Assembly (NCBI GenBank): GCA_965603825.1
Contig: CBFDEM010000056.1
Coordinates: forward strand, 248,001-312,000
Source of the DNA: Blepharisma stoltei ATCC 30299
Taxonomy: Eukaryota > Protista > Ciliophora
Reading direction: 5' to 3'
Length of the DNA stretch: 64,000 nt
Of this stretch, positions 34,201 to 45,895 are shown in pieces. The notes beneath the pieces are model-generated. The model saw nothing but the letters and a program-made list of their open reading frames with translations. It did no database searches and was not told the origin of the DNA. The position numbers and the translations under genes were made by a program. Within the stretch, counting starts at the first letter, position 1, and the number at the start of each line of letters is the position of its first letter.

Positions 34201-37200
34201 TGAATATTTCATTTACAGAGACAAAGACCAAGATAAAGAAAATAAGTTCCTTCTCCAAATTTCTAACTACAAGACATCATTACTTAATTGCTTTGAAACG
34301 CCTGAGATAATTCTGACTCTTTTTTCCTTTCAAAATTCAAATTTTTTTCAAAAAGAAAAAGCTGTGATGAAGCTGCAAGATTCCCCTATTTCATCCAAAC
34401 AAACTATGGCCCAAAATTTGATCAAAATTATCAGTGAAAAGCTACAATCCTTGCTTGCAGAATTAACACTAAATACTTTATCAATATGCAAAGAAATAGA
34501 CATAGATTTGGTTGAAGAAGTACTTTTGCAGTTCACAAAAACAACTGAGACTGTCAGATTTGAATTTATTATGCATTCAATTGAAGAGAGTGAGGAAGCT
34601 GGTGAGATGATAAAGCTGGAGCTTGAACGAGGCTTAGTTATTTCAACTTTGTCTATTGATCAGTACTTCTATGCAGCTGGCGTTAAATCTTTCAGTAAAC
34701 TCATGTGTATAGATGAAGAATCTCTGATTGATAAATTATTTTCAAGAAATGAAGAAACTGTTAGTATTAGGAATAATGAGCATTTAATTGCATTTTGGGT
34801 GATCATTGAAATAAAACAGGCGGCAGGTCTTAAGTGCTCATTCTTTCTTCCTGACCATTGGACAAGCCAGGGCTTAAAAGCTGATATGGTGAAAAGTCAA
34901 CTCCTAAAAATTTTTAAGAAAATTGAAGTAAAGGTGTATCAAAGAATTCTTCTCAACGACCTAGGAAAAACGGGGAAATTATCAGAGCTTTTAATGCCAA
35001 AGGACAATTCAAATTCATTTTCTGCTGAAAATAGCAGCAAGGACAGCAAAGAATGAGCCAAAAAAAGGTTTTCAAGATTTTCTCACGTCAAGTCTAAAAA
35101 CCCTGAAAGTGTTCCTGTCTCAAAGCTTAAGACCTCATACAAGCTGGAGGTCCAGCACAGAAACAATTTTAGTGTTTCTGATCGACTATCTAAAAATGAA
35201 TCTGTAAACACCCTCACCATGAAATTTTCTACTCCACCATTTATAATCAATAACAGAAATGATTTATATATGCTTATTCAAGGCTCAGATATATTCATAT
35301 TCCGATTCACAGAAAAAGAAATGGAAAATGATGAAGAACTTTCTCCACCTGAGCTAAAAAGGAGCTCGTCATTCTCAAAAACAAAATTTCTCACTCTTGA
35401 AGTATTTGGCATAGACAAGCCGCTGGAGGAAACAATTTCTAAGCTAGAGCAAAGAGTCTGTGAGCAGCTTCAGCAGATTTCCCTATTTAAATTGGCAGAC
35501 TCATTAATAAAAAATCAAAAAAAAGTCATGAGTTTTAGTGATATGAAGTTTATTAAAGGCTCAGAGCTACCTTCTATTGCATTCTTTCCAATCCATCTTG
35601 TTTCAAGCTTGGAGCTGTTCCTTAAATATATAAAGCAGAATTTGATGAAGTTTCTATTGAATTTCCAAGTTAAAGGCCTTGAGTCCAGCGTTTTTGTTTA
35701 TAATTATCTGACTGTGGTAGAAAGTGTTTACATAAAAAATAACGCTAATCGCTTTATATCTAGACAGGATAGGGAATTGACTCCGTTTCTTGGCAATACC
35801 TTTGGAAAAGCTTTGGGGATAATCCAAATAAGCATTTGCTATTATGATGGAGAAGCAATTTATAGTGAGAAAAAGCAGCAAAGTGCTGAATTGAAAGTAA
35901 ATCCAAAAATTACTGGGCTATTTTGAAGGCCAGGAGGAGCAAAAGTAAAATGTTTGCCTTATCCTACATTTCCAGGATATTATTTAGAGATGAAACTTTA
36001 TAAGAATGGGCACATTAATGAGAGTGCATTTTTAGATTTTATTGAGCAGCATTTAAACCAGTCTTTAATTGAGTATTTAATTGAAGACACTCTTAAGTCA
36101 ACATCCATGAAAAATAATTTTCTGGGGCCAAGCTATCTAAATATGTTCGAAAGTTTAAGGCAAATAGCTATTGAAGCAACACAGATAATTAATCCCAAAA
36201 TAAATATATCAATCCCTTCTTTTGAAATATTCACCTATTTCTGCTCTCTCGAAAAAATTATCAATGAAGCCGCAGAGTTTTCACTTCCATTCATTTATTG
36301 TTTTAAAATAGGCGGACAGATTTTCATTGAAAACTCTATAGAAGAAATAAAAAAGCATTGGCTTAAGCAATTTGAATTAGTAAGCATCATCTGTGAAGAT
36401 CTTTGGTTTAGTGCTTTTTTTTACTCTGCAGGTGATGAGCAAAATCAATTTAATCCATTAAAGTTTCACTCAGAAAAGTTTGAAGAAGAGACTCTTCTAC
36501 GTTCCCTACTGTTAGGATTTGAATTATCAAAGTCACAGTTTTTGCTGTTTTCTTATAATTGAAATAGATCTATTTTAGCAAAAATTCACAGCTCTGTAGA
36601 AACTCATATACACTCTATAAATCAGAGATATAGGCTGCTTAATAATATACTAATTCAGAAGCTGGGACTTCATAGCCATAATTTGCCAAATGATTTCCTA
36701 TACCCAGAAAATAGAAATTCTCCAGAAGACCAAATTTCTGCACAGATTCTGAGAACATGCTCAATTATGGAAATAAAAGAAGAAAGCATAGCACCTCCAG
36801 GCAATTCATTGGCTGAAATTAAGGAATGCAGGCATCCTCTATCTCTTGTTGAAGATCCGATTCGCAAATGCAAGCCCAATGAATTTTTATTCTGTGAAAA
36901 ATTTGTAGTCAGCAAATTAAATTTTGGTGACAAACTTGGAATAAGAATTCAAGATGTCTATGAATGAAATGACGCGAAATTCGTTAGAGAGATGAGAAAG
37001 CGCGGACATCTTCTTTGTGCACGAAAAGTCCCATTTATTGTCCAAAGCTGAAAGATTCAGACCACACAATATCAATTGATGAAGTCAAATATAAAAATCG
37101 ACAAAATCATCAGAAAAATTCTGAAAACAATTTCTGTTGAGATCTCAGGGCCGCTCAAACTTAAGCAGATACCATATCGCCAGTACTCGGGGCATCGAAA

Positions 37201-38527
37201 ACACTCGTGCGACAACAGCTTTGATGCTGAATATGAACTGACGCGGTCATATAGCGAAGAAGAAGCCCTTCCAGACAAAATAAAACCTATAAACTTATTC
37301 CTGAAAAAACTAGGCAAACAATCTGTGTTCCTAGTAGAATTAGGCTATGAAAAAGGTTTTATCTTATCTCGCGCATATTCGCTGGATAATGAAAATAATT
37401 TTGATCAATATTTAGTTGAAAACCAAGACATAAAAGCAAAAAGCACTGCCCATGCACTCACGAAGAGCTCGCTTGACTTGCCTACCTTGGCATATGACCA
37501 ATATATTAAACACACTTGCGAATTTCTTTTGGCTCCTGAAAAGTATCCATGAATAAATATCCTAGGAACCTTAACAGATTTTATCCATTTTTATAAATCA
37601 CACCCGCCCAAGGCTAAAAGTTGAATATATTCCTCATATGTTTATATTGATTTAGGAAATCTTGAAGGAGGAAGTGCAGAAGAAATATACAATTATATCG
37701 CAAATAATCATGAAGCATACAGTCTGAACACTCCTAAACACTCCCATCGTCCTCATCCCATTTTTAAAGTAACGAAGCTGCCTAATAAATCAAATTTGTG
37801 AAGTGGGTCTCTTTCCCCAATTAAAGGCAGAACAGCTAATTTTAATCAGCCACAGCCTAATGAAAATAAAGGCAAAAATAATGTAAGAGCATTTGTTTAC
37901 TCTTTAATAGCTTCAACTAAAGAGACACATTTAGGTACCATTCGTCTTGAAGAAGGGAAAAATACCAACAATATCATGAGCATTAGATATTACATTATCA
38001 ACTATACAATGTATGAAGAACAATCAGGAGAGTCCCTGAAGATGATAATCAAGAAAACAGAAAAATCTTTGGTTGAAACCATAAAACTTGCAAAACTGCA
38101 CAGTCGTAGAGATAAACTGTGACAGAAACTCAAGAATTTATCCAAATCAGATACTTTTTCTGACAATGAACTCAATGAGCTTCTATCTTTATCCATAATA
38201 GAGCCCCTAGAAGAGATTGATCAACGAATTAAGTCCCTTTGCTCTCTAACAGACGCATTCACACAAAATTATTTTAATTATTTAATTAGAATCTACCAGG
38301 AAAGGTGCAAAATGATAAAGAAGCCAAGCCACATTGATCTGTGTGTTTTCTCTAATCCATCCATATTTATTTGTCTTAATTTAAACTGTGCAGCAAAAAA
38401 AATGAGTATGAAATTGGTAAGGCGAATTTCTGATAGCAATCTTGAAGAGGAAGAAGATGAACTCCTTTCAGATTTGATCAATAAATCTTTGCATTGACTC
38501 TGGTATAGGATGAGTACTAGCAATTAA
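31202..38527 (+). CDS. SZT2: KICSTOR scaffold SZT2 homolog (2441 aa)
   Basis: Ten track ORFs lie in one frame, separated by TGA (about 17). Ordered motifs DFRV..RAL[W]Y, YRILIMIDLAPS, ALDL..AVIYITD, YGFTPD, LREGFQIR, NTIIEY, INNRNDLY, RRDKL[W]QKL match SZT2 motifs as recalled; TAA 38525-38527. Confidence 0.82.
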
Positions 38528-38644
38528 ATCTTTTTCGTTTATAAAATATAGAGAAATCTATTAATTTATTTTTAATCAAATTATATATGAAATAAGTCTA
38601 CAGCATGCAGCCATATAAATTCTGAATTTTGCTCAAATAATTAA

Positions 38645-41329
38645 ATGGGTAATTGCATTCGAACAAACCAAAAAAAGCCCTCAATTTTAAGAGTAGAGAG
38701 TTTTGTTGATAGAAAAGGAAATAAAATAAAATTAGACTTCAAGATCTGCATATCAAGCATAAAAATCCTTGGCCTCAATAAGGTATGATTAATTTAGGCC
38801 AAAGCAAACCTTATAATCAAATTCGACACCGTGAAATTGAATTTTGACGAGAAAAACAATGAAAACGAAGCTTTTGAATGAAATGTTGAAAGACGATTTG
38901 ACTATTCCACGCTACTGGAAGCCATTAACCAGTCAGCAATGTCTTTAGAAGTGTATTCTAATGAAAAATTAAAGGCAAAAACTGAAATCAAGATTTCGTC
39001 AATTGTGAATGGGCCAGTCCACTATAGCTTGCCACTATTTCTGAAGAAGAAAATGAAAGGCCGAATAAGCCTTGATGTTGAAATGTTAGAGGAAACCAAA
39101 ACTTATATAGAAACAAATAATATTTCTTGCAAGTTTAATGAGGAAGTTTTTGGCAGATATTCTATGACAGTCAAGTACTCAAGTGACGTTTCCAAAGAAA
39201 GCGGACATTCAGAGGCTACTAAAAGCTTATCATGGAATTATGAAGAGATAGAAGATCCTAGATATGTCCCTAGAGTTGAATTTTGGGCAAATATCAAGAC
39301 TATCAGGGATTCATCAATACAGATCAAGATCCACAAGCATCATAAATCAGGCTATGAATTTGCTGGGACCTGCTGACTGAGTTTTAGCAAACTTTTTAAA
39401 GAGAGCTCAGAAATATATAGGCCAGAAGGAAGCCAGGAATCTGAAAGTACAGCGAAATCAAAGCTAGACATCTATGCACTGAAAAATAGCTTTGATTGTT
39501 CTTATGTTAAGTCTTTTAATGAGGGTATATGATTTGATGGCAGAAGGATTGGGACTATTAAAGGAAGCTTGATAATTGGAAACTTACCAGTCTTTCAGCA
39601 GCTGATTATTGGCGTTAGTACCGAGGATGGGGTGCTGCCCCAGGGATCACTATATACTTATGCGAGAAATTCTATTTTTCAAAGAACAGTTATACCTGAA
39701 GAGATCCACAAAATAACTGAATTTACTAGGAAATTAAAGAAAAGCATGATTTCGAAGCAGATTGAAGTCAATCCAATAATAAGCGAAAGGCTGCTGTTTG
39801 AGGAAAGAAAATTAATAATAGATTCACTTATCGATTTATTGAACTATTCCCAAAAAGAATCAATGAAATGCTTCTTGTATAGCAATGAAGAAGCAGTTCT
39901 CAAAGCCCAAGATCTTTTCATTGAGCTTGGAAGCAATTTAATTGAATACATAGACAGTGTTACTTATGATATAAAGCCTTATTTTTTCTCATGCTTAACT
40001 CACTTAATAAAACGAGGAGAGTTAGCTATTGGATATCTTGCATTTGCAAAAGGAAGTAAAAATTTTTCATCGCAAAAGACGGAAATCGCAGCGAGATATC
40101 TGTCTATTATGCATAGAATGCTAAAAATTTCTTTAACCTACTTCGTCTTAAAAGGACTAGATGAGTTGATTCAAGAATTTGTGTACTGCATCCTCGTGAA
40201 GGCTTGGTTCCGAATTCCTGAATTTAGAAAAACAATGATGGACTGCTTGAGGCGAAAATCTTTTTACCCAATCGAAGAATGACGAAACTTAGAAATTGAT
40301 TTGGAAGATGAGAAACCCCAAAGTGAAGTGATTTCAATTTTTGATTGGCAAAGCAGCTTTTATGCAATGCTTCCAAGTGAAATCAAATTTGATCAGCTCC
40401 AGTCTTGCATTTCTGAATCAAGTTGGAAAAAAAAGATGACCAAGCGAGGACTTGAATTTTTCAAGTTTCTAAAAGAATGAGTCGAGCAGGTAAATGGCCA
40501 AGTGGTTTCCCAGAATATCCGCTGGGCCAATATACCTGGCTACCCTTTCCTGCTTAAGTGCATGCTATTGGAAATGAAAGAAAGAGAAATACTAAAGTAC
40601 CCAGATATTTTGGTAAGCTCCATATGCAGCATGCTTCATAATTCCAAAATTATTAACGCTTTGGTAAAGATATTATTTGAAAAAACTAACATCTACAGTG
40701 CCAAAACTGTGCAGGAAACTTTTAAGCTGTTAGGAAAATTTTTTAAAACAATGTATGAATATAAAAGGAAAATCCCTTCATCATTTGACACTGATTTCTT
40801 TGTAAAGGGAATAAAGGTAACTATTAATTGTGATATTGGGCTGAATATTGCAAAGTGTCTTGAATTTTTTTATTGAAATTATCATATGATTAAAGACAAT
40901 TTGAGGAAAGAAATTATTTACTCTCTTCTTTTAAAAAAGCAGTTCAAAAGGCTTTTCCTCCACTGGCACTCTGAAGTGCGAAAGGTCTTTTGCTATTTAC
41001 TCATTTTTCGGATATTATCACTTGAGTTTTTATCATTCGAGACTTCGGAAGATTCGGATACTTTGCTAGATGGCAAAATAAAAAAAAAGGTTGCATATAA
41101 ACTTGCGAAGCTAGAAGAAATTGACGACCCAGAGCAGCTCCCTTATCTCAAAGCTGCAAAAGAGCAGTATGCGTTAATTGGTGAAGAGTATGCAAGATGA
41201 TCGAGTAGGATTCCAAAATCTCCTAGGACCTTGCTCTATGGCTGGAGTGACTCTTTCCCATATCCCGAAATCCGGGTGAAAGCTGCATTTGTGGATCTAG
41301 GTGAGAAGCACATAGACGATATTTGATAG
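38645..41329 (+). CDS. MGNC-lipidated C2-like + DUF1765-like protein, paralog A (889 aa)
   Basis: One frame after removing intron 38783-38797; 8 in-frame TGA; C-terminal LFLHWHSEVRKVFCYLLIFR; colinear with 45896-48583. Confidence 0.8.
38783..38797 (+). other. 15-nt spliceosomal intron
   Basis: gtatgattaatttag, A at position 10, in-frame TAG; same position as the intron in paralog B. Confidence 0.9.
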
Positions 41330-41385
41330 TTATATATAAAATAATTTTATCATTTCTTATATGGAACTTAGTAAATTAGAATTAG

Positions 41386-43374
41386 ATGAAACAAGATGAC
41401 GATTCAATATCCAGTATCTCAAATCTTATATTAGTCTCTCCAAAACCAGGCTCAAATATCGGAAGGGAATTCAGTACATTAGAATTCAACAGCACCAAGG
41501 AAAATTACACAGTTAAGTGGGATAAAAGCAAATTTAGTGGGAAGTATTTATTTCATCCTGAAAGCTATTGAAAACTGATCTGAGATATTTCACTGCTGCT
41601 CTTCCTTCTATTCCAAGGACTCTATATCCCTTTTTATCTCGGCTTTGGAATTCCTCTTTCCGGCGCAATGCTTTATCTGGATTTTGTGATCACATTGGCT
41701 TTTTGTATAGATATTCTCTTCAATTTCAACACTGGGTTTTTCAGGAAGGGTGCCTTGGTGATGGACCGAACTCTCATAGCGAAAAATTATTTTTTCTCAT
41801 GGTTCTTCTTAGACATGCTTTCAAACTTCCCTTACAATTGAGTCATCAACGGAGGGGTTTTTAATGACTCATCAGGTAGCATGTCAGGCACCCAGATGGC
41901 GCGTATGGTGAGGATGATAAAATTTGTTAAGATGCTAAGGTTAGTCAGATTCGCTAAGTTGAAGATGCTTTTTGTAAAAATAGAAGAAATTATCGCTGAT
42001 GAGCTCTTATCTGGCTTGATTGTGTTATTTAAAACAATCTTCATTATATTCTTATTAGCTCATTGAAATGCTTGCTTATGATTTTTTATTGGATCCCAGG
42101 ACCGTAGTAACCACCCAGATTCGTGAGTGTCTCAATTTGAAAAAAATTATGCGACTCACTTAACAACGATGGATTATTATGTTACTTCTCTTTATTGGTC
42201 ATATACCACCATGCTTACTGTGGGATATGGAGACATTCACGCAGTCACTCTTGATGAAAAAATAGTAGCAATGATGAGTATGGTGCTAGCTAGTGGTTTT
42301 TTTGGGTTTATGATTGGGAATATTGGGAGTATTGTGGAAAGATCAAGCTTGAGAGAAAGCAATCATCGAGAGGTGATAATTAGCATCACAAAATATATGA
42401 GACTGCATAACATACCCAAAGAGCTTCAGTTCAAAGTGAGAAACTACCTTGAGCATGCATATGAAGAGGAAATAAGGAAAGGGATTGAAGATGACGAAAT
42501 TTTGACAATGCTAAGTGTGCCCTTAAGAGATGAAATTGCTAGATATAAGTACTTGCCAATCATTCAAACTTGTTCAATATTCAGCAAGTTCTTTAACTTG
42601 CAGACTATAACCTATTTTGCAAAATGGCTACAAGAAGAGACCTTTGCTCCTGATGACGACGTTATTAAGGCAGGTGAAAAGGATAGGATTCTTTACTTTG
42701 TAAACTCTGGGTCAGTCAGTGTATACTATGGATCTCCTTCATCAAGTGCAGCAATTCTTTCCAAAGGAAAATATTTTGGGGAAATTGCATTTTTTGCAAA
42801 TCACCCTCGTACTGCAAGCGTAAAAAGTGTAGAGTTTTCAGATATCCTATCTGTGGATTTCAACCAAGTGTGAGACGGAATAGAGCAGCAGCCAAGGCTT
42901 CAGGAAATTTTTACGCTTATTGAGACAATCTGCGAGGATGGTGACTACACAGAGATCAACGTTGCCTGCTATCTATGTAAAAAGAATGGGCATGTAGCTA
43001 TCAACTGCACGACGATGGCTGTGCATACTGAAGAATCTCGAAAAGCATGAATGGCAAAGAAACAAGCAGGGACCTACAAAATCAACTTAAGCGAGTATTC
43101 AGTGCCAAAAGTCAAAAGGAAGGAGAGAAAAGTGAAGCACGTCATGAGCACTTACAACATCATAGGAGTCTCAAGACCACCAGAAAAAATGTATAAAAAC
43201 CACAAAGAACTACAAGAAAAAATCTCCAATTTCGTTGTCAAAAGAAGGACCAACAAGAGCAACTCCACAAAGCTAAGCGAGGTCAGCCAGCTTGAAGATG
43301 TGCCTTTTCCTCTAAGGCACCAAATAAGCAAGATCTATAAGGACTCAAGCAGTGGAACTGAAAATCAAGAGTAA
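41386..43374 (+). CDS. Voltage-gated K+ channel with cyclic-nucleotide-binding domain and CCHC zinc knuckle
   Basis: Single frame with TGA=W. HPESY[W]KLI[W]D, S4 RMVRMIKFVKMLRLVR, TTMLTVGYGD, YFGEI...RTASV, CYLCKKNGHVAINC. Confidence 0.93.
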
Positions 43375-43479
43375 AACAGTTTTGCTAATATGTTAATTAT
43401 AATTATTACTACATTTATTTCCTTTTCATAAAAATAAATAGTTGTTATTCATTCGCATTTTTCAGAGAATAATAGAAAA

Positions 43480-45279
43480 ATGAAAGAAAAGAAGAAATCA
43501 AAACTGATCTGTAACGTTGGCGACACCAAATATAAAGTAGTAAAACACATCGCAAGCAAAGTCTTTGGAATGACACTTACAAGAAGCGAAGAAGCAGAAT
43601 GAGACCTCAAATGGACTGACTCAGCAGTGCAGCCAGAAAAACTTTGCAGTATGAAGCCATTTCAAAAAATCAACCATTTTCCAGGAATGTACTCAATCAC
43701 GAGAAAAAGCAATTTGGCATGGAGCCTCAACAAAATGAGGAAGCTCTTCCCTAAGGATTATAATTTCTATCCCCGCACATGGGTTTTGCCAGGAGATCTT
43801 GGGGATTTTAAAGCACAAATGGATAAAAAGAAGAAAATTTTTATAGTCAAGCCAGAAGCCTCTTGCCAAGGCCGAGGGATATTTCTTGTGAAAAAACCTG
43901 AAGATTTAACAGTAACAGAAGGGTATGTGGCTCAAGAGTATGTTAAAAGCCCATTTTTGCTTGATGGCTTAAAATTTGATTTAAGAGTTTATGCACTCGT
44001 AGCTGGCTGCGACCCTTTGAGAGTATTCATCCATGAAGATGGGTTAACGAGGCTAGCAACTCATCAATACCAAAAACCAAAAAAAAAGAATATGAAGGAT
44101 GCGTGCATGCATCTAACAAATTACGCAGTCAACAAGCACAGTGGACTTTTTGAGTTCAATGAAGAAGCTGAAGAAGACGATAGTGGGCATAAGCGAAGCT
44201 TGAAGTCAACCTTAGCTTTCTTTGAAAGCCTTGGCCATGATGCCAATGCTTTGAAAGCAAAGATAGGAGACATGATAGTTAAGACGCTTTGTGCAATTCA
44301 GCCTTCACTGTCACACGCATATAGATCATGCCAGCCAAATGATCTCACGAACTCGATGTGCTTTGAAATACTAGGATTGGATATTTTGATTGACCACAAG
44401 CTGAGACCATGACTGCTGGAGGTAAACCACACTCCTTCGTTTACAACAGACTCACCACTCGATTGGAAAATCAAAAAGCGAGTTATAAAAGAATCCATCA
44501 AAATGATGAATATTAAGGCTTCCAATAGGAAGCATTATTATATTAATAAAAGTGTTGAAGCACAGCAAAGATCAATAGGAAAAGCAGTAAGAGAGACCAG
44601 AGAAGAAAGAAAAGAAAACCAGCGACTCCAAGCAGAGCTCAGAAATCAGTGAGAAGATGCGCATATGGGAGGATTTACAAGGGCATATACAGAAGAAAAT
44701 AAAGCAAGCTACCAACAGTTCCTGCAGGCTGCTGAACAGATCTGGAGTGAATGAACAGGCACTCAAGCATCAAGGCTTAAAAGGCTTGAAGATCCTGCTA
44801 CAAGCCAGCGACCAGAAGTTGTGAGTGCTCCTTCTAAATTAATTGAAGACAGCCACAAAACTATAAGATGTCGGACTGCAAAGACGAGATGTCTAAGCCC
44901 AGATAACCATCCAGAAGTCCAGAATTTCGATTCCAAAACGATGGTCCCAGCCGAAGACCATCCTGCGACCAAAACTCATCGAGAATGTTCTTCCATGCCG
45001 ACTTCAGTAGATTTGAAGATTTCAAATCGAAGAGAAACACTCAGTGCCTACCTTACCAAAGCCATCAGTGAAAAACGCTCTATAGAAACCAGCTATGAAA
45101 ATAAAAGGATCCTAGGCTCCAAAATCCAAAGTTCTCGAGTGATCCCTTCGAATATGAAACTCCCAGGAGTCCAGATCGGGAATTTCTTGGTTCCCAAGGT
45201 TTATGAGTTCACTGGCAGTGAAATGATGGCAAGGCCTGTGTTCCCATGCAGGCCTCGTAGCGGTGTGTTTAAGCTTTAA
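43480..45279 (+). CDS. Tubulin polyglutamylase TTLL6/13-like
   Basis: QKINHFPGM, KPEASCQGRGI, KFDLRVY, MHLTNYAVNK, CFEILGLD, P[W=TGA 44410]LLEVNHTPSF. Confidence 0.93.
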
Positions 45280-45316
45280 TTTGATATAATAATTTAAGTC
45301 TTCTTCAGTTATTAAA

Positions 45317-45841
45317 ATGGTTAGATTACTAAAAGTCGGAAAAGGAAAAGACTCAGCGCTCCATTCGCCTACTTCTAAAGAGGCTGTTGACTTTGATATG
45401 CAAGTTGAGTACCCAGTCACATCTCCAGAGCAAGATATCGAATTCGAGAAGATCAATACTTATTTGAATGAAAAAGGAATCCCAGAACTATTCAATAAAC
45501 TCCTCACCCAAGTGATCCATGATAAGCCTGAGAACGTGAAAAGCCATATCTTGCAGCAGCTCACGAAACTCAGATATTTTAGAGAGCATCCTAATATGCA
45601 GGAGCCAAGGTACTTTACAAATGAAGAGTTCGAGACTATGTTTGAGGCTTATGATATTGCGGGAGAAAACAGCTTGCCTTATCAGTGCTTGGTTCAAGCC
45701 TTGACTATTTCTGGAATTGTAAATCCAGAAGAAGCACTGAGAGAAGATTTTCCTGAGCTGACTGAAGAGCTAAAGGTGTCTAGACCTAAATTTGTGCAAG
45801 TTATGATGCAGGAGTTTATAAAAAGAGGCTTTAGCTACTAA
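45317..45841 (+). CDS. RIIa/D-D domain + EF-hand-like protein (EFCAB10-like)
   Basis: YLNEKGIPELFNKLLTQVIHDKPEN; FTNEEFETMFEAYD. Confidence 0.72.
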   Translation: MVRLLKVGKGKDSALHSPTSKEAVDFDMQVEYPVTSPEQDIEFEKINTYLNEKGIPELFNKLLTQVIHDKPENVKSHILQQLTKLRYFREHPNMQEPRYFTNEEFETMFEAYDIAGENSLPYQCLVQALTISGIVNPEEALREDFPELTEELKVSRPKFVQVMMQEFIKRGFSY

Positions 45842-45895
45842 TTTTAATATGAAAATATTGGATTAAATAAGACTAGTTATAATTTCTTGATAACG

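Noticed and set aside
31202-44412. Runs of short same-strand ORFs resembling operons or pseudogenes
   Set aside because: Within each gene they share one frame and are separated only by TGA; they are intact single genes under TGA=Trp
1950-45841. Cilia/tubulin-code gene cluster (centrin, CCP, TTLL6-like, EFCAB10-like)
   Set aside because: Genes are dispersed and these families are large in ciliates, so co-occurrence is unsurprising
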